A stretch of DNA of 64,000 nucleotides from Tubiluchus corallicola (GCA_030141605.1 JAQGDQ010000907.1:17488-81487); one strand, 5' to 3'. Shown: positions 21,847 to 33,600, counted from the stretch's first letter. The notes: a model not told the origin generated them from the letters alone. Program-made: numbers and translations.

Positions 21847-22623
21847 CTATAGCTCGCGTATCCAGATATTTCTAAAACTTACGGCATCTCCGTGGTCTTG
21901 TAGCATAAGCGGTGCTTTCCCATGCTCTTCGTATTTGGGAAGTCCTATATATTTTGTTGGTCCAAATAGCTGCACATTGTTTTGTATTAGCACTCCGTTG
22001 TGCAACACGGTGAAGCGTGCAGGCGTGAAGATAGTGCCATCTTCCTTAAAGCGCGGAGCAGTGTAGATGATGTCGTACACCTGCCATTCACCCGGCTTTT
22101 TGCAGGCGTTTACTAGGGGTGCATACTGCTTGTAGATAGAGCCAGCCTGCCCATTGCGGTATGTTTTATTTTCATAATTATCCAAAACCTGTAGCTCATA
22201 TCGGCTTTGCATGAATACGCCTGAGTTGCCACGCCCCTGGCCTGAATTAACAACTTTTTCAGGTGCTCTCCACTCAATATGAAGTTGAGCATCACCAAAC
22301 TCTTTTTTAGTTGCTATTCCACCTGTGCGTTTTTTCACTGTAACGCATCCGTTCGCAACCTTCCACTTGGCTTTTTCACCGTTAGTGCTTTCCCAGTTTT
22401 CATGGAAACTATCTTTAGTGCCGTTAAAAAGGATAATCGCATCGGAAGGAGCATCTTGTGGTGTTTCTCCGGGCGTTATAATGTCTACCTCAGGCTCCCA
22501 AAATTCTGTCATTTGGGGCTTCATTTTAGCCTCATCTTCTTCTTTTTCCTGAGCGACTACATTTAGTTTAATCACCAATAGAAGTACTGCTAAGATAGTG
22601 GTTGTTAGTTTTATATGTCTCAT
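21847..22623 (-). CDS. DUF1080 / 3-keto-disaccharide hydrolase family protein, exported
   Basis: Signal peptide ending AQ; PSDAIILFNG, GQGRGNSGVF, YELQVLD, LQDHG, FRNIWIREL. Confidence 0.9.
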   Translation of the reverse strand: MRHIKLTTTILAVLLLVIKLNVVAQEKEEDEAKMKPQMTEFWEPEVDIITPGETPQDAPSDAIILFNGTKDSFHENWESTNGEKAKWKVANGCVTVKKRTGGIATKKEFGDAQLHIEWRAPEKVVNSGQGRGNSGVFMQSRYELQVLDNYENKTYRNGQAGSIYKQYAPLVNACKKPGEWQVYDIIYTAPRFKEDGTIFTPARFTVLHNGVLIQNNVQLFGPTKYIGLPKYEEHGKAPLMLQDHGDAVSFRNIWIREL

Positions 22624-22749
22624 TTTAAAGTGGTTTTTATAGTGATAAAGTTAATTCCTGAGCTAAAATACAAAAATCAACGTTAAAGATTACATCTATT
22701 TATCAGGCCTTATGCTTACTCATCTTGTTTTTCGCATTATGGAAATTGT

Positions 22750-22757
22750 TACTTTTG
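22750..22757 (+). promoter_or_regulatory. Putative Bacteroidota -7 promoter element
   Basis: TACTTTTG upstream of purB. Confidence 0.45.
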
Positions 22758-22861
22758 CATGGGTAGTAAGTAATAGTCTGATGCGAGTTAATAAGAGAGT
22801 TTATCAATGCTTGGAACAGCGTAAAAGGCTATAATAAACTTTGATTGAAACTGACACAGGT

Positions 22862-24211
22862 ATGAAATTTGACATGTTAACAGCTATTTCTCCTATAGAT
22901 GGGAGATATAGAAATAAGGTAAATAACCTTTGGGAGTACTTTTCGGAACATGCACTTATCAAATATAGGGTATTTGTTGAGATAGAGTACTTTATAGCAT
23001 TAACGAAGGAGTCTTTGCCTCAGTTTAAGGATTTTGATCCGTCACTATGTGAAAAGCTGAGGGCTGTTTACGAAGATTTTTCTTCTAAAAATGCATTGCG
23101 TGTTAAGGAGATAGAGAAGGTTACAAATCACGATGTCAAGGCTGTTGAATACTTTGTAAGAGAGGAGTTTGATAAGCTGGGGCTTGAGAAGTATAAAGAG
23201 TTTATTCATTTTGGACTTACCTCCCAGGATATTAACAACACTGCTATTCCATGTTCTTTGCGTGACGCAATTCAGACCGTTTATATTCCTTTAGTAGAGG
23301 AGCTGGTTGCCAAGCTGGAAGATCTGTCATTTGCCTGGGAGGGTATCCCTATGTTGGCAAAGACTCATGGGCAACCTGCATCTCCCACCCGCTTGGGAAA
23401 GGAGATAAAGGTTTTTGTGGAGCGGTTAAATGTTCAAGTAGAGTTACTGAAAGGCATACACTGTTATGCTAAGTTTGGAGGGGCAACCGGAAATTTCAAT
23501 GCACACCATGTTGCCTATCCGGATGTTGACTGGGGAGGGTTTGCCGATAGGTTTGTTCAAGGTGTACTGCGTCTGGAGCGTTCGCAGATAACTACGCAGA
23601 TTGCCCACTATGACAATTACGGAGCGATATTTGACAACCTGAAGAGAGTTAATACTGTAGTGTTGGATCTCGATAGGGATATATGGACATATATTTCTAT
23701 GAACTACTTCAAGCAAAAGATAAAAAAGGGAGAGGTTGGGTCGTCTGCTATGCCACATAAGGTTAACCCCATAGATTTTGAGAACTCAGAGGGGAACCTG
23801 GGCATTGCAAATGCTATTTTTGAGCACCTCTCATCTAAGCTGCCTGTTTCGCGACTACAGCGGGATCTTACAGATTCTACGGTACTGCGCAACATAGGTG
23901 TTCCAATTGCCCACACTGTCCTAGCTCTTAAATCCACACTTAATGGATTAGACAAATTGCTGATAAATGTGGAGGCTATAGAGCAGGATTTGGAAGATAA
24001 TTATATAGTTGTTGCGGAGGCTATCCAAACTATTTTAAGAAGGGAAGGGCACCCTGATCCATATAATGCTCTAAAAGACCTTACGCGGGTAAATAAAAAG
24101 GTTGACTGTACTGTGATACATGAGTTTATTGATAAATTGGATGTTTCTGAAAGTGTTAAGAGTGAGATGAAAAAGATTACACCCCACAACTATACAGGTA
24201 TTATGTTTTGA
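22862..24211 (+). CDS. purB: Adenylosuccinate lyase
   Basis: LTAISPIDGRY, TNHDVKAVEY, THGQPASPT, GSSAMPHKVNPIDFENSEGN; the ATG at 22862 is preferred over the TTG at 22841. Confidence 0.97.
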   Translation: MKFDMLTAISPIDGRYRNKVNNLWEYFSEHALIKYRVFVEIEYFIALTKESLPQFKDFDPSLCEKLRAVYEDFSSKNALRVKEIEKVTNHDVKAVEYFVREEFDKLGLEKYKEFIHFGLTSQDINNTAIPCSLRDAIQTVYIPLVEELVAKLEDLSFAWEGIPMLAKTHGQPASPTRLGKEIKVFVERLNVQVELLKGIHCYAKFGGATGNFNAHHVAYPDVDWGGFADRFVQGVLRLERSQITTQIAHYDNYGAIFDNLKRVNTVVLDLDRDIWTYISMNYFKQKIKKGEVGSSAMPHKVNPIDFENSEGNLGIANAIFEHLSSKLPVSRLQRDLTDSTVLRNIGVPIAHTVLALKSTLNGLDKLLINVEAIEQDLEDNYIVVAEAIQTILRREGHPDPYNALKDLTRVNKKVDCTVIHEFIDKLDVSESVKSEMKKITPHNYTGIMF

Positions 24212-24413
24212 TAGTTTTACAAGGGGAAAGACTTTGGCTTAGGCTGAGAAGAATCAATGAAGAATCTTCAGCCAGCTCATGAGTGAGGGTTTTGAAGAGG
24301 GTTTTGACAAAAATACTAATGAAAGAGTGAGGCTTGGTTTACAAAGTTGTTTTTTAGCTTCGGGCTATTGAATTATGAGAGAAAGGGCCAAAAATTAAGT
24401 TTACAGGTAAATA

Positions 24414-26234
24414 ATGAGAGGATTCATAAAATATCTTAAGTGCTATATGCCATCGTACTATGGCTATGTTTGGTTGAGTATACTATTCAACCTTCTTGGA
24501 GCTATATTTGGGGCATTTTCGTTTGTAGCATTAAGCCCGGTATTGGGAATTTTATTTGGTACACAGGAGACTGTTGAGCATTCGGTGGAGTGGGCTTTTT
24601 CTGTAGACAGCATAAAGAAAAACTTGTATTATCTTATAAGTGAAGTGATTAGAACTGAGGGTAGGCATAAGGCTCTGCTGTACATCAATATTTTTATTGT
24701 TATTGCTGTTTTTTTTAAGGTTGGCTTTGCTTATGTGGCCGATGTTGTTACCGTACCAATAAGGAACGGCATATCGAGAGATATGAGAAATCGTATATAT
24801 AAGAAGGTGTTATCGCTTCCTATGGGTTTCTTTTCGGAGGCAAAGAAAGGTGATATTATTGCAAGAATGGCCAATGATGTGTCGGAGGTTGAACGTTCCA
24901 TTATAGATTCTCTGAAGATGCTGTTTAAGAACCCTATGCTTATATTGATCTCTCTGGCAGCAATGTTTATAATGTCCTGGTCTTTGACCCTTTTTGTCCT
25001 TTTATTGCTGCCTTTGGTTGGATACTTTATTGGCAGAGTGGGTAAAAGCCTTAAAAAGCCATCCGGGAGGGGACAGAAAAAAATGGGTGTTTTACTTTCT
25101 ATAACAGAGGAGTCGATCTCTGGCCTCCGTATAGTAAAAGCTTTCAATGCGGAGGATAAAATGAACACGCGATTTCGCAAAGAGAATACTTTATATTACA
25201 ATATTATGAATAAGCTGTTGTGGCGGCAGCTTTTAGCTCAACCTATGAGTGAGCTTCTGGGGACAATAGTAATAGTTATTGTATTGTGGTATGGAGGACG
25301 CCTGGTGATAGATGCGCAGAGCGGGCTTTCAGCTCAGGGGTTTATTACTTATCTAGTCTTTTTTTACAGTATTATTTCTCCATCAAAAGCGTTTTCAACA
25401 GCTATTTATTCTATTAACAAGGGGTTGGCCTCGGTAGAGCGCATTGATGAGGTCATGAATGCGAAAAACAATATAAAAAATAAAGATAATGCTTTGCCTG
25501 TAACGGGTTTTAATAAGGAGATAGAATATAGAAATGTCTCTTTTAGTTATGGTTCTACTAATGTGTTGAAAGATATAAATCTTACAATTCCCAAAGGTAG
25601 TACTATTGCCCTGGTGGGAAGCTCGGGATCTGGCAAGTCAACTTTTGTAGATCTGTTACCACGTTTTTGGGATGTGACGGATGGGCAGATCCTTATAGAT
25701 GGGAAAGATATAAGGGAGCTTGATATAGCTGGGCTAAGAGGGCTGATGGGTAACGTAAACCAGGAGCCCATTTTATTTAATGATAGTTTTTACAATAATA
25801 TAACTTTTGGTGTTGACAGCGTTGCCCAGGACGAGGTGGAGGCAGCAGCAACAGTTGCTAATGCTCACGAGTTTATTACTACAACACGGGATGGATACTT
25901 TTCTGGCATAGGAGACCGTGGGGCAAAATTGTCTGGAGGGCAGCGCCAGCGAATATCTGTGGCCAGAGCTGTGTTAAAAAACCCTCCGATTATGATTTTG
26001 GACGAGGCGACATCCGCTCTTGATACAGAGTCTGAGAGGCTGGTGCAGAAGGCCCTGGAGAATCTTATGAAAAATCGTACATCTATTGTGATAGCGCACC
26101 GCTTATCAACAATAAAAAGCGCGGATAAAATATGTGTTTTTAGTGAGGGCCGGATAGTTGAGAGTGGTACACACGAAGAGCTGTTGAAGCTTGGTGGTGC
26201 ATATAAAAGACTACACACAATACAGAGCTTTTAG
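24414..26234 (+). CDS. ABC exporter, fused permease/ATPase (MsbA-like)
   Basis: N-terminal transmembrane domain; GSSGSGKS, LSGGQRQR, ILDEATSALD, IAHRLST. Confidence 0.92.
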   Translation: MRGFIKYLKCYMPSYYGYVWLSILFNLLGAIFGAFSFVALSPVLGILFGTQETVEHSVEWAFSVDSIKKNLYYLISEVIRTEGRHKALLYINIFIVIAVFFKVGFAYVADVVTVPIRNGISRDMRNRIYKKVLSLPMGFFSEAKKGDIIARMANDVSEVERSIIDSLKMLFKNPMLILISLAAMFIMSWSLTLFVLLLLPLVGYFIGRVGKSLKKPSGRGQKKMGVLLSITEESISGLRIVKAFNAEDKMNTRFRKENTLYYNIMNKLLWRQLLAQPMSELLGTIVIVIVLWYGGRLVIDAQSGLSAQGFITYLVFFYSIISPSKAFSTAIYSINKGLASVERIDEVMNAKNNIKNKDNALPVTGFNKEIEYRNVSFSYGSTNVLKDINLTIPKGSTIALVGSSGSGKSTFVDLLPRFWDVTDGQILIDGKDIRELDIAGLRGLMGNVNQEPILFNDSFYNNITFGVDSVAQDEVEAAATVANAHEFITTTRDGYFSGIGDRGAKLSGGQRQRISVARAVLKNPPIMILDEATSALDTESERLVQKALENLMKNRTSIVIAHRLSTIKSADKICVFSEGRIVESGTHEELLKLGGAYKRLHTIQSF

Positions 26235-26665
26235 GGTGTGAGAAGAGCTCTGCAAGCTTAATATTTTTGTTGTATATATCTGTTATTAAGAATTGACAAC
26301 TAAAGCTAATAATATGGAAGAAGTAAAAATGGGTAATGGTAATATTTTAGGTATTGAAAGAAAATATTATGAATACTTTTTTGGAAGTCGAAAGGACTAT
26401 TATATTCCCCGGCTTGTTGATTTTGAGAATGGGAAAAAGTATTCATTTAATGTTAGTGCTTTTTTCCTTGGAGTGTTTTGGTTCATTAACAGACGTCTAT
26501 ACAAACATGCACTTTTAATTTCCTGCTTTCTTATAATTGAAACATTTATTGAGGACTGGATAATTGAAAAATACGGTATCTCAGATAATTTTCAGATTTT
26601 AATGTCCCTGTTCTTGATGGTTGGTTGCATAATTTTATTTGGAATAACTGCTAATTACTTTTTCT

Positions 26666-28022
26666 CAATAGTTCGTTAAACATTTACATAAATATCTGAC
26701 AATCAATAAAATAAATGTTGAAAAAATTAGGATAATCCCCCTGATAATCAGTATCTTAAAGTTGTTTTTGACCGACAATTTTAGACATGATTATCAAGGA
26801 AATATCAAGATATAAAGATCAGGTAAAAATGATTTTAAACCAAATGGAAGGAATAAATAAGTGGCAATTCGATTTTATGCTAGACATCTTCGGACTATTT
26901 CTTAGTATCAAAGGAAAGATGAACTTTTTTCAATTTGGTAGATATGGAAATCACTGTGAGCAACGTTATAGATATCAATTTGAAAAAGGGTTTGATTTTA
27001 TGACTTTTAACAAAGAGTCGGTAATCCATTACGCAAGCAACCATCAAGCCATAGCCTTTGATCCAAGCTATATAAGCAAGTCAGGAAAGCATACATCTGG
27101 GGCTGGTTACTTTTGGTCAGGATGTGCCGGCAAAACAAAATGGGGCTTAGAGATTGCAGGAATAGCAGCCGTTGATATTGATAATCATACAGCTTTTCAT
27201 TTAGAAGCTATTCAAACCCCTAATAATCTTGAAGCAGAAAGTCTGGTTGATCATTACGCAAATGTTTTGATTCAACGCAAGGACAATCTGTTATGTGTAT
27301 CAAAATACGTTTTGGCAGATGCCTATTTTTCAAAGAATAAGTTTGTAACCAAGCTTTGCGAAAATGGATTTGAAGTGATTAGTCGCCTGAGAGATGATGC
27401 TAACTTACAATACAAATTTTATGGTCAGCAAAAAGCTGGTAGAGGAAGACCTAGAAAATATGAAGGAAAGATTGACTTTGATAATTTAAAATCAAAATAT
27501 TTTGAATGCTTTGAGCAAAACGAAAAATGCAAAATATACGGAGCAACAGTTTATGCAAAATCATTAAAACGAGATGTTAATCTTGTTGTTGTTTTTACAA
27601 AAGGAACATCCCGAAAGTGGTCTCACAAGTTATACTTCTCTACTGATTTGCAAATGAAAGCCGAGACGATTCTTGAATATTATCAAGCCAGATTCCAGAT
27701 TGAGTTCATTTACAGAGATGCAAAACAATATACCGGATTGAAAGACTGTCAGGCAAGAAGTGAAAATAAATTACATTTTCATTTTAATGCGTCTCTTACT
27801 GCAGTCAATTTGGCTAAGATTAACCACTGGTTAGCTATACCAAAAATCAATAGAAATGCTTTTTCTATGGCCGATATAAAAACAATGTATCACAATGAAT
27901 TACTGCTAAATAGATTTTTTAGCGTGTTCGCGGTGAGACCAAACTTAACCAAAAACAAATCCAAAATCAGAGAATTAATAACTTACGGCACTATCGCTGC
28001 ATGATTATTTAACGAACTATTG
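26666..28022 (+). mobile_element. Complete insertion sequence, 1357 bp, IS4-superfamily-like (IS701/ISH3-related)
   Basis: Perfect 15-bp terminal inverted repeats CAATAGTTCGTTAAA (26666-26680) and TTTAACGAACTATTG (28008-28022); TTTTCT duplicated at 26660-26665 and 28023-28028. Confidence 0.93.
26787..28004 (+). CDS. DDE transposase
   Basis: AFDPSYISKSGK (D1), ADAYFS (D2), GRGRPRKY, YQARFQIEFIYRDAK (Y-R-E-K signature); intact and fills the IS. Confidence 0.92.
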   Translation: MIIKEISRYKDQVKMILNQMEGINKWQFDFMLDIFGLFLSIKGKMNFFQFGRYGNHCEQRYRYQFEKGFDFMTFNKESVIHYASNHQAIAFDPSYISKSGKHTSGAGYFWSGCAGKTKWGLEIAGIAAVDIDNHTAFHLEAIQTPNNLEAESLVDHYANVLIQRKDNLLCVSKYVLADAYFSKNKFVTKLCENGFEVISRLRDDANLQYKFYGQQKAGRGRPRKYEGKIDFDNLKSKYFECFEQNEKCKIYGATVYAKSLKRDVNLVVVFTKGTSRKWSHKLYFSTDLQMKAETILEYYQARFQIEFIYRDAKQYTGLKDCQARSENKLHFHFNASLTAVNLAKINHWLAIPKINRNAFSMADIKTMYHNELLLNRFFSVFAVRPNLTKNKSKIRELITYGTIAA

Positions 28023-28295
28023 TTTTCTTAAAATACTCTTATAAAAAAGTTTTTGATATAATAGGATCAACAAATGATGAAGTAATTAAAATAGAAAAGC
28101 TCCGGAAGGCTGGGAGCAACAATTGGATTTTGGCAATAATTACTTTAATGATTTTACTTTTATTGATTTTTGCAAGTGGATCGGTATAGTATAAAAAGAA
28201 AAGCGGGCTACAGTAGCGTATATAAATAACTGCTGTATCATAGGGTGGAGCACTACTTCAGTAGTGTTTGAAAGACACTTTGTGAAACAGTGTCG

Positions 28296-29243
28296 TCAAT
28301 ATAGGACAAAGTTGTATCTTATAGTTCCTTTTTGAAAGGCCGGAGCATTCTCGTCAGTATTGAACCGTACAGATTCAGCCGCTTTTTTTGCCGCATTTAA
28401 CAGGTTTGCATCCAGTGTTGTTGATCCTCTTACTCCAGGGTTAGCTTTTGTAACCTTTCCATATTTGTCAACAGTAATCTCCACGACTACTACTCCTCCT
28501 TCGTTTCCTGCAAATTCGGGCTTTGGTAGTTGTGTCGCCTTTCTTCCTTCAAGACTATAGGATACTCCATCTCCTGCCCCTCCTGTACCATAACGGTTTG
28601 CCCCCTGTGTTCCGCTGGGGCTGCCTTGATTACCAGGTTCATGTCCTACACCGTGTCCACTGCCTGTCTTTCCGTCATCTGTTGCTTGTTCACTACTAAA
28701 AGCATTTTTGATGCGAGAGTTTATGTCATCTATTTTTTTCTGTTCTTCCGCCTTTTTTCTCCTTTCTTCCTCCTCTCTTTTTTGCCTTTCTTCCTCTTCT
28801 CTTTTTCGCTTTTCTTCTTCTTCTCTTTGCTCCCTTTCAAGTTCAGCTGCACGTTCTTTTCGCTCTTTTTCAAGTTGCGCTTGCCGAGCTGCCTCTATTT
28901 TTTCTTCATCCTCCTTTTTTTTGCCTGTATCAATAGCAACGCTCTCTTCAAAGTCCTGTGTGATAAGCTCTTTTTTTTCTTCATTGGTTGATGTTGCCGG
29001 AGGTTGTTGGGTAGGAGTGGTGGGTGTGGGTGTGGGCTCCTCTCTTACGCTGTGTGATCTTTGCTTTGTCACAGTACTCCTATTTGAGCCTACCGGGGAG
29101 TTGCCAAATTCAACAAGTATGCCCTCCTCCTCAGGCAGAGGGAGTGGGGTAACAAATCCCAGAGCCATAAGGATTATAGCTATAACAGTATGATAAAGTA
29201 CTGCTGCTATTATGCCTCTACTATTCTTTTCAGAATTTATCAT
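28296..29243 (-). CDS. tonB: Energy transducer TonB/TolA-like protein
   Basis: N-terminal TM helix with histidine, Pro/Thr and E/K/R-rich spacer, TonB_C-like end (GVVVVEITVDKYGKV); follows exbBD. Confidence 0.8.
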   Translation of the reverse strand: MINSEKNSRGIIAAVLYHTVIAIILMALGFVTPLPLPEEEGILVEFGNSPVGSNRSTVTKQRSHSVREEPTPTPTTPTQQPPATSTNEEKKELITQDFEESVAIDTGKKKEDEEKIEAARQAQLEKERKERAAELEREQREEEEKRKREEEERQKREEEERRKKAEEQKKIDDINSRIKNAFSSEQATDDGKTGSGHGVGHEPGNQGSPSGTQGANRYGTGGAGDGVSYSLEGRKATQLPKPEFAGNEGGVVVVEITVDKYGKVTKANPGVRGSTTLDANLLNAAKKAAESVRFNTDENAPAFQKGTIRYNFVLY

Positions 29244-29268
29244 CTGGATCTGGTTAAAATTTGACCCG

Positions 29269-29679
29269 TCACTTTTGCAATGGGCTGGTCGCCAATATCA
29301 TTTTGTATTTATTGCGTTTGGCTATATTCATAATCTTCACCACCTCTTCAATGGGAACAGACTTTTCAGCATGCAGGGAAATAAAAACATCTGAGTTATC
29401 TTTAAGTGTCCCGTGTAAATATGGCTCTATTTCATTGAAGCTGACATTAAGCAGCTTTCCCTGTTCGTTGATATAGTACTTCAGGTCTTTGGTTATAGAT
29501 ATAGTGGTTATAGGTTTTGCATTGACCTGGTTATTGCTTTGAGGTAACAGTAACTTTAATGCGTTAGGGCTTATAAGCGTTGATGTTACCATAAAAAATA
29601 TGAGCAGAAGAAAAACAATATCAGTCATTGACGACATGCTAAACCCTGAGTTGACCTTGTTTCTTTTTCGTAAAGCCAT
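29269..29679 (-). CDS. exbD: Biopolymer transport protein ExbD
   Basis: SMTDIVFLLLIFFMV motif. Confidence 0.92.
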   Translation of the reverse strand: MALRKRNKVNSGFSMSSMTDIVFLLLIFFMVTSTLISPNALKLLLPQSNNQVNAKPITTISITKDLKYYINEQGKLLNVSFNEIEPYLHGTLKDNSDVFISLHAEKSVPIEEVVKIMNIAKRNKYKMILATSPLQK

Positions 29680-29692
29680 TTTTAATTAAATT

Positions 29693-30397
29693 CTATTTTG
29701 CTGGTTCATGCAACAGATCCATAAATTCAGATGTTGCTGCTTCCATTTTAAATACTACAGTTTCTACTTTTGCTACCAATATATTATAGGCAAAGTATGC
29801 AACAATTCCGACAGTCAGGCCTGCAACGGTTGTGACCATGGCCTGGTAGATACCACTGGATAGTAGGGAGACATCAACATTACTTCCGGCATTTGACATA
29901 TCGTAAAAAGCCTGTACCATCCCTATCACTGTCCCCAAAAAACCGATCATTGGAGCTCCACCAGAGACACTGGCAAGTGTTGGCAACCCTTTCTCCAGTT
30001 TTGAGATTTCAAGGTTTCCCACATTCTCTATGGCTGCATTAACATCTCTCAATGGCCTGCCTATCCTGGAAATCCCCTTTTCAAGCATTCTTGCTGCGGG
30101 AGTATTATTTGAACGACATAGCGATATTGCCGCATCAATATTTCCGGTATGAATATTATCTTTTATCCTGTCAATGAAATAGGAGTCAATTTTTGAGGCC
30201 TTTTTAACAGCGTAGTACCTATTCACAAAGATATAAACCGCTATAAACGATAAGATCACAATGGGTGCCATTATCCACCCTCCTTTTAAAAACAGCTCCC
30301 AGAACTTGATCCCTATAGCTCCTTCAGATGCCTGTGCCAAGTTTTCGGCAACATCTGTAACGACTCTGTTGCCCTGTATCAGTAAGTATTTAAACAT
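29693..30397 (-). CDS. exbB: MotA/TolQ/ExbB proton channel protein
   Basis: APMIGFLGTVIGM, GIYQAMVTTVAGL. Confidence 0.92.
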   Translation of the reverse strand: MFKYLLIQGNRVVTDVAENLAQASEGAIGIKFWELFLKGGWIMAPIVILSFIAVYIFVNRYYAVKKASKIDSYFIDRIKDNIHTGNIDAAISLCRSNNTPAARMLEKGISRIGRPLRDVNAAIENVGNLEISKLEKGLPTLASVSGGAPMIGFLGTVIGMVQAFYDMSNAGSNVDVSLLSSGIYQAMVTTVAGLTVGIVAYFAYNILVAKVETVVFKMEAATSEFMDLLHEPAK

Positions 30398-30693
30398 AAA
30401 GTTAAATCTATTAGTTTTTTATAAATTAATGCGAGAGCTTTGTGAAGCTTACCTTTTTACTAATATTAATTTGCCAAAAGCCTCTCCAAAATTTTTATTA
30501 TATATTAATAACCTGCGGTTTTCATCAATCTTTTTTTGCCCGAGTCAAAGCCTTTTGTCCTGCAGAGGCCTCAAAGTGTTAAAACCTGCAGCTTTTTTTA
30601 GGCAAAAAACTTTTGATGCAAAAATAAGCACTAAAGTAAAATATTAAAACTTTAATGTTTATTATATAATCTAAGCGTAAAATATTTTGTGCC

Positions 30694-33600
30694 TTATTCT
30701 GCATCTATTGTCATGTTGGGTTCGCTCTCTTCTTCCACAACCGAATTTTTCTGTTTATTTTTTTTTGCCTTTTTTCGCTCCCTCTCTTTTTTACGTCTGT
30801 CACTTCTCTCCGCACGGCGTTTCTTTAAGTCCTTTAAGTTATCAAACTCTTCTCTAAAAGAGACACCAACACCCTGTGTATATGGTGAAGTGTTGTATCC
30901 CAGCCCTTCGTTGGAGTGGTTGTACGCTTTCAGTTGCACTCTGCCGCTTTTGTCAAGTTTGAGAAAAAACTCCACCTCTCCGACCACCTCGTTGGCTGTG
31001 CTTTGCTGGTATGCCTTATTGCCAATATTCCCACTTACTACCAGTCTGTTATCAAATACCTGGGTTCTCAATGCAAATTCAACTTCGCGGCCACTAACAT
31101 CGTCGCCTGGACGATAGTTAACTCCAACATCAATGTCATCACTTATCTGAGACAGAAGGCTGGAAACCTGGCTGGATATCATCTCTGATGTTGTATATCC
31201 CAATATATTAGCATTTGTTGATTCAAAGTCAGGGTTTCCGCGCAGATATTCAGGGGTGTAAAACTTACCTGTTACAATAAGGGCGAGCATTTGTTGGTTA
31301 ACATCATCTTGTGTACTTATGTATTGGCGCACCTTGTCTTTTGTCCTTTCATCGGCAGAAGGGAAGTCAATGCCAAACTTCATAATCGGATTAAACAGGT
31401 TGTGCGATAGATTTACTTTACATTCTACCTGTACTTTATCGGTATTGCTATTTCCGCTATCCTGAGACTCCAACAGTAATTCATAAAGAGAAGCTCGTGT
31501 GTTGTAAATAGCATTCATATCAATAGTTGCGTCATTAGGATCTCCATTCCACGAAATTGCTCCCCCCCCTTCCAGTTCAAACTTTTTACGAAGTATATCT
31601 CTAAGTGATAAAGTGTAGTGGCCTGAAGTAACTTCATAGTCGCCATATACAAGAAGTTTGTTATCCTCGCCGTACTCTAATCTCATACTGCCATTTCCGC
31701 GTCCTCTGAGTACCCCTCCTGTGTTTGCACCAAATACAATGCGCATTTGCGCATCGGAAGTAACGTCCATATTTAATATCATATCAAATCCACCTTTAAC
31801 CTCCTCTTCAATTACGGGGTAATTATCGACGACAGGGTCTTCTGCGGATGTGAATTTTAAAAAGTCGTATTTAGCTGCATGCCCTGACTCTCCAGGATAT
31901 AGTGTTATTCCGGTCCCGCTTTCAGATCTTAGTGCCATCTCTAGCTTTATATCTTTTTTCTCCCCACTAATTTTCATGTTTCCAGAGGCATTCACCTTTC
32001 CATAAAAAAGTTTGTTATTTTTTGCGCTGGTGTTTAGTGCAAGAATACGGTCTGTCTCGATATTCATGTTGTACACCATATCAGAAAATAAATGATGCTT
32101 GATGCTGCCCTTAAACAGGCTAATGTTATCGTCTTCATCAGTAATAAGTATATCTTTAAACAGGATTGAATCGTTCGAAAAAAATATTGTGTCAGAAAAC
32201 AGAAATGAAGTATTGGTATAAGCTATGCCAATATTCCCTTTATCTACATAAACCCCCCCGTCTATATTGAGAGAGTCTTTTGTGCCTGAGACGATCAATT
32301 TACCATAACCTTTTCCTCCTACGCCACTGCTGAATTTTTTCAGTACAGCGTAGAGGGTTTCCATTGGGAAAGCTGAAAAGTCGGCTTCGTAATATACTTG
32401 TCCGTCTTGAGGAAAAACTTTCCCCTCGATACTCAGCTTCTCTCTATTGTCGTCTAAGAGTTTTATAGATGATATCAAAGCATCATTGTCTTTATCCCAG
32501 ATGTTGTTCAGAACAATATCTCCTATTTCCTCTTCTCTAAAGCGAGCTTTTTCTATAGTAAGCTCACTTGTTACTATCAATTCACCATATATACCCAAGA
32601 CATTAAGCTCTCCGTTTAATATGCCATCAAACTCGGTATCTTTACTTGATAGTGTGTTTAGCCTTGATATCTGTATATTGTTAAATAATACGCTCAGTTT
32701 GTCATTGTTTGATCTGGACACCATGCCTTTGATCTGAAGGCTCTCTTTTTCATGGCTGAGTGCAAAGCTATCTACCGCAATTGAAGTGGGGTAGACATGT
32801 ATGGAGCCTTTGTTTATCTGCCAAAGTGAGTCGGCTATCCATATATTTGTAGGTTCAATCAAGATATCTGCTGAATGGGTTCCTGTTAAAGAGTTTTTTG
32901 ACAGCGCTGCTACACCTTCTATTTTTCCTCTGTAGGTTACTTCATCACTGTTACCCCATGCTACCGACACCGCCAAACTATCGTTAGCAGACACCTTATT
33001 TAGTGCCAGATTTTCGATTTCAGTAGAGTTGTTAATTAACACTTTATCAGCTATTGAACGGAAGTGCCATTTGTTTTCGGTGTTCCATGAGCGAAAGTTT
33101 ACTCCTGTAAACAAGTTATTTCTATATCTAATGTTAGGAGTTGAGCCATCAAAAACGATATGTTTGTTCTTCATGTCAAACTTACCATTAAGTCTTACAG
33201 GTTCGATTACTATAAAGTCGGAAAATAGTAACGAGGTTAGCTTTCTGGATTGTTTGACATTAATATCGAAGGAGAATACACTTTTAGCCTTGCTTGCTGC
33301 TTCTCCGGGACCTGGAAGGTTGGCTGAAGGCAAAAAGCTATGAATATGGTTCATTGTTTCTGATGCAAGGTTTTTTAGCACATATTCTCCCTCCAAGTCA
33401 GCATCAATGAGTTCAGAGCGTATTTTTATTTTTCTGTCCTGGCCGGTGTGTGCTATGGAGATGTCAATGCTATCTGTGTCAAAAGTTTTTTCTCCTCTTA
33501 CAACGTTTACTTTATCAAAGCGAATCACCCCGTCTATGTCATCAATATAGTTCCCTGCAATATCCACTTTCAACCCAAATGACATGTTTGAGTTACGGTG

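Larger units (their letters stand above)
26293..28189 (+). pseudogene. DUF2628-like membrane protein gene interrupted by an IS
   Basis: 5' part has SFNxSAFFLGVFWFxxRRLY; removing 26666-28028 restores an open frame ...ANYFFLKYSYKKV...KLRKAGSNNWILAIITLMILLLLIFASGSV* ending at 28189. Confidence 0.85.

Noticed and set aside
28530-29193. Antisense Phe/Ser-rich ORFs
   Set aside because: Shadows of the low-complexity E/K/R region of tonB
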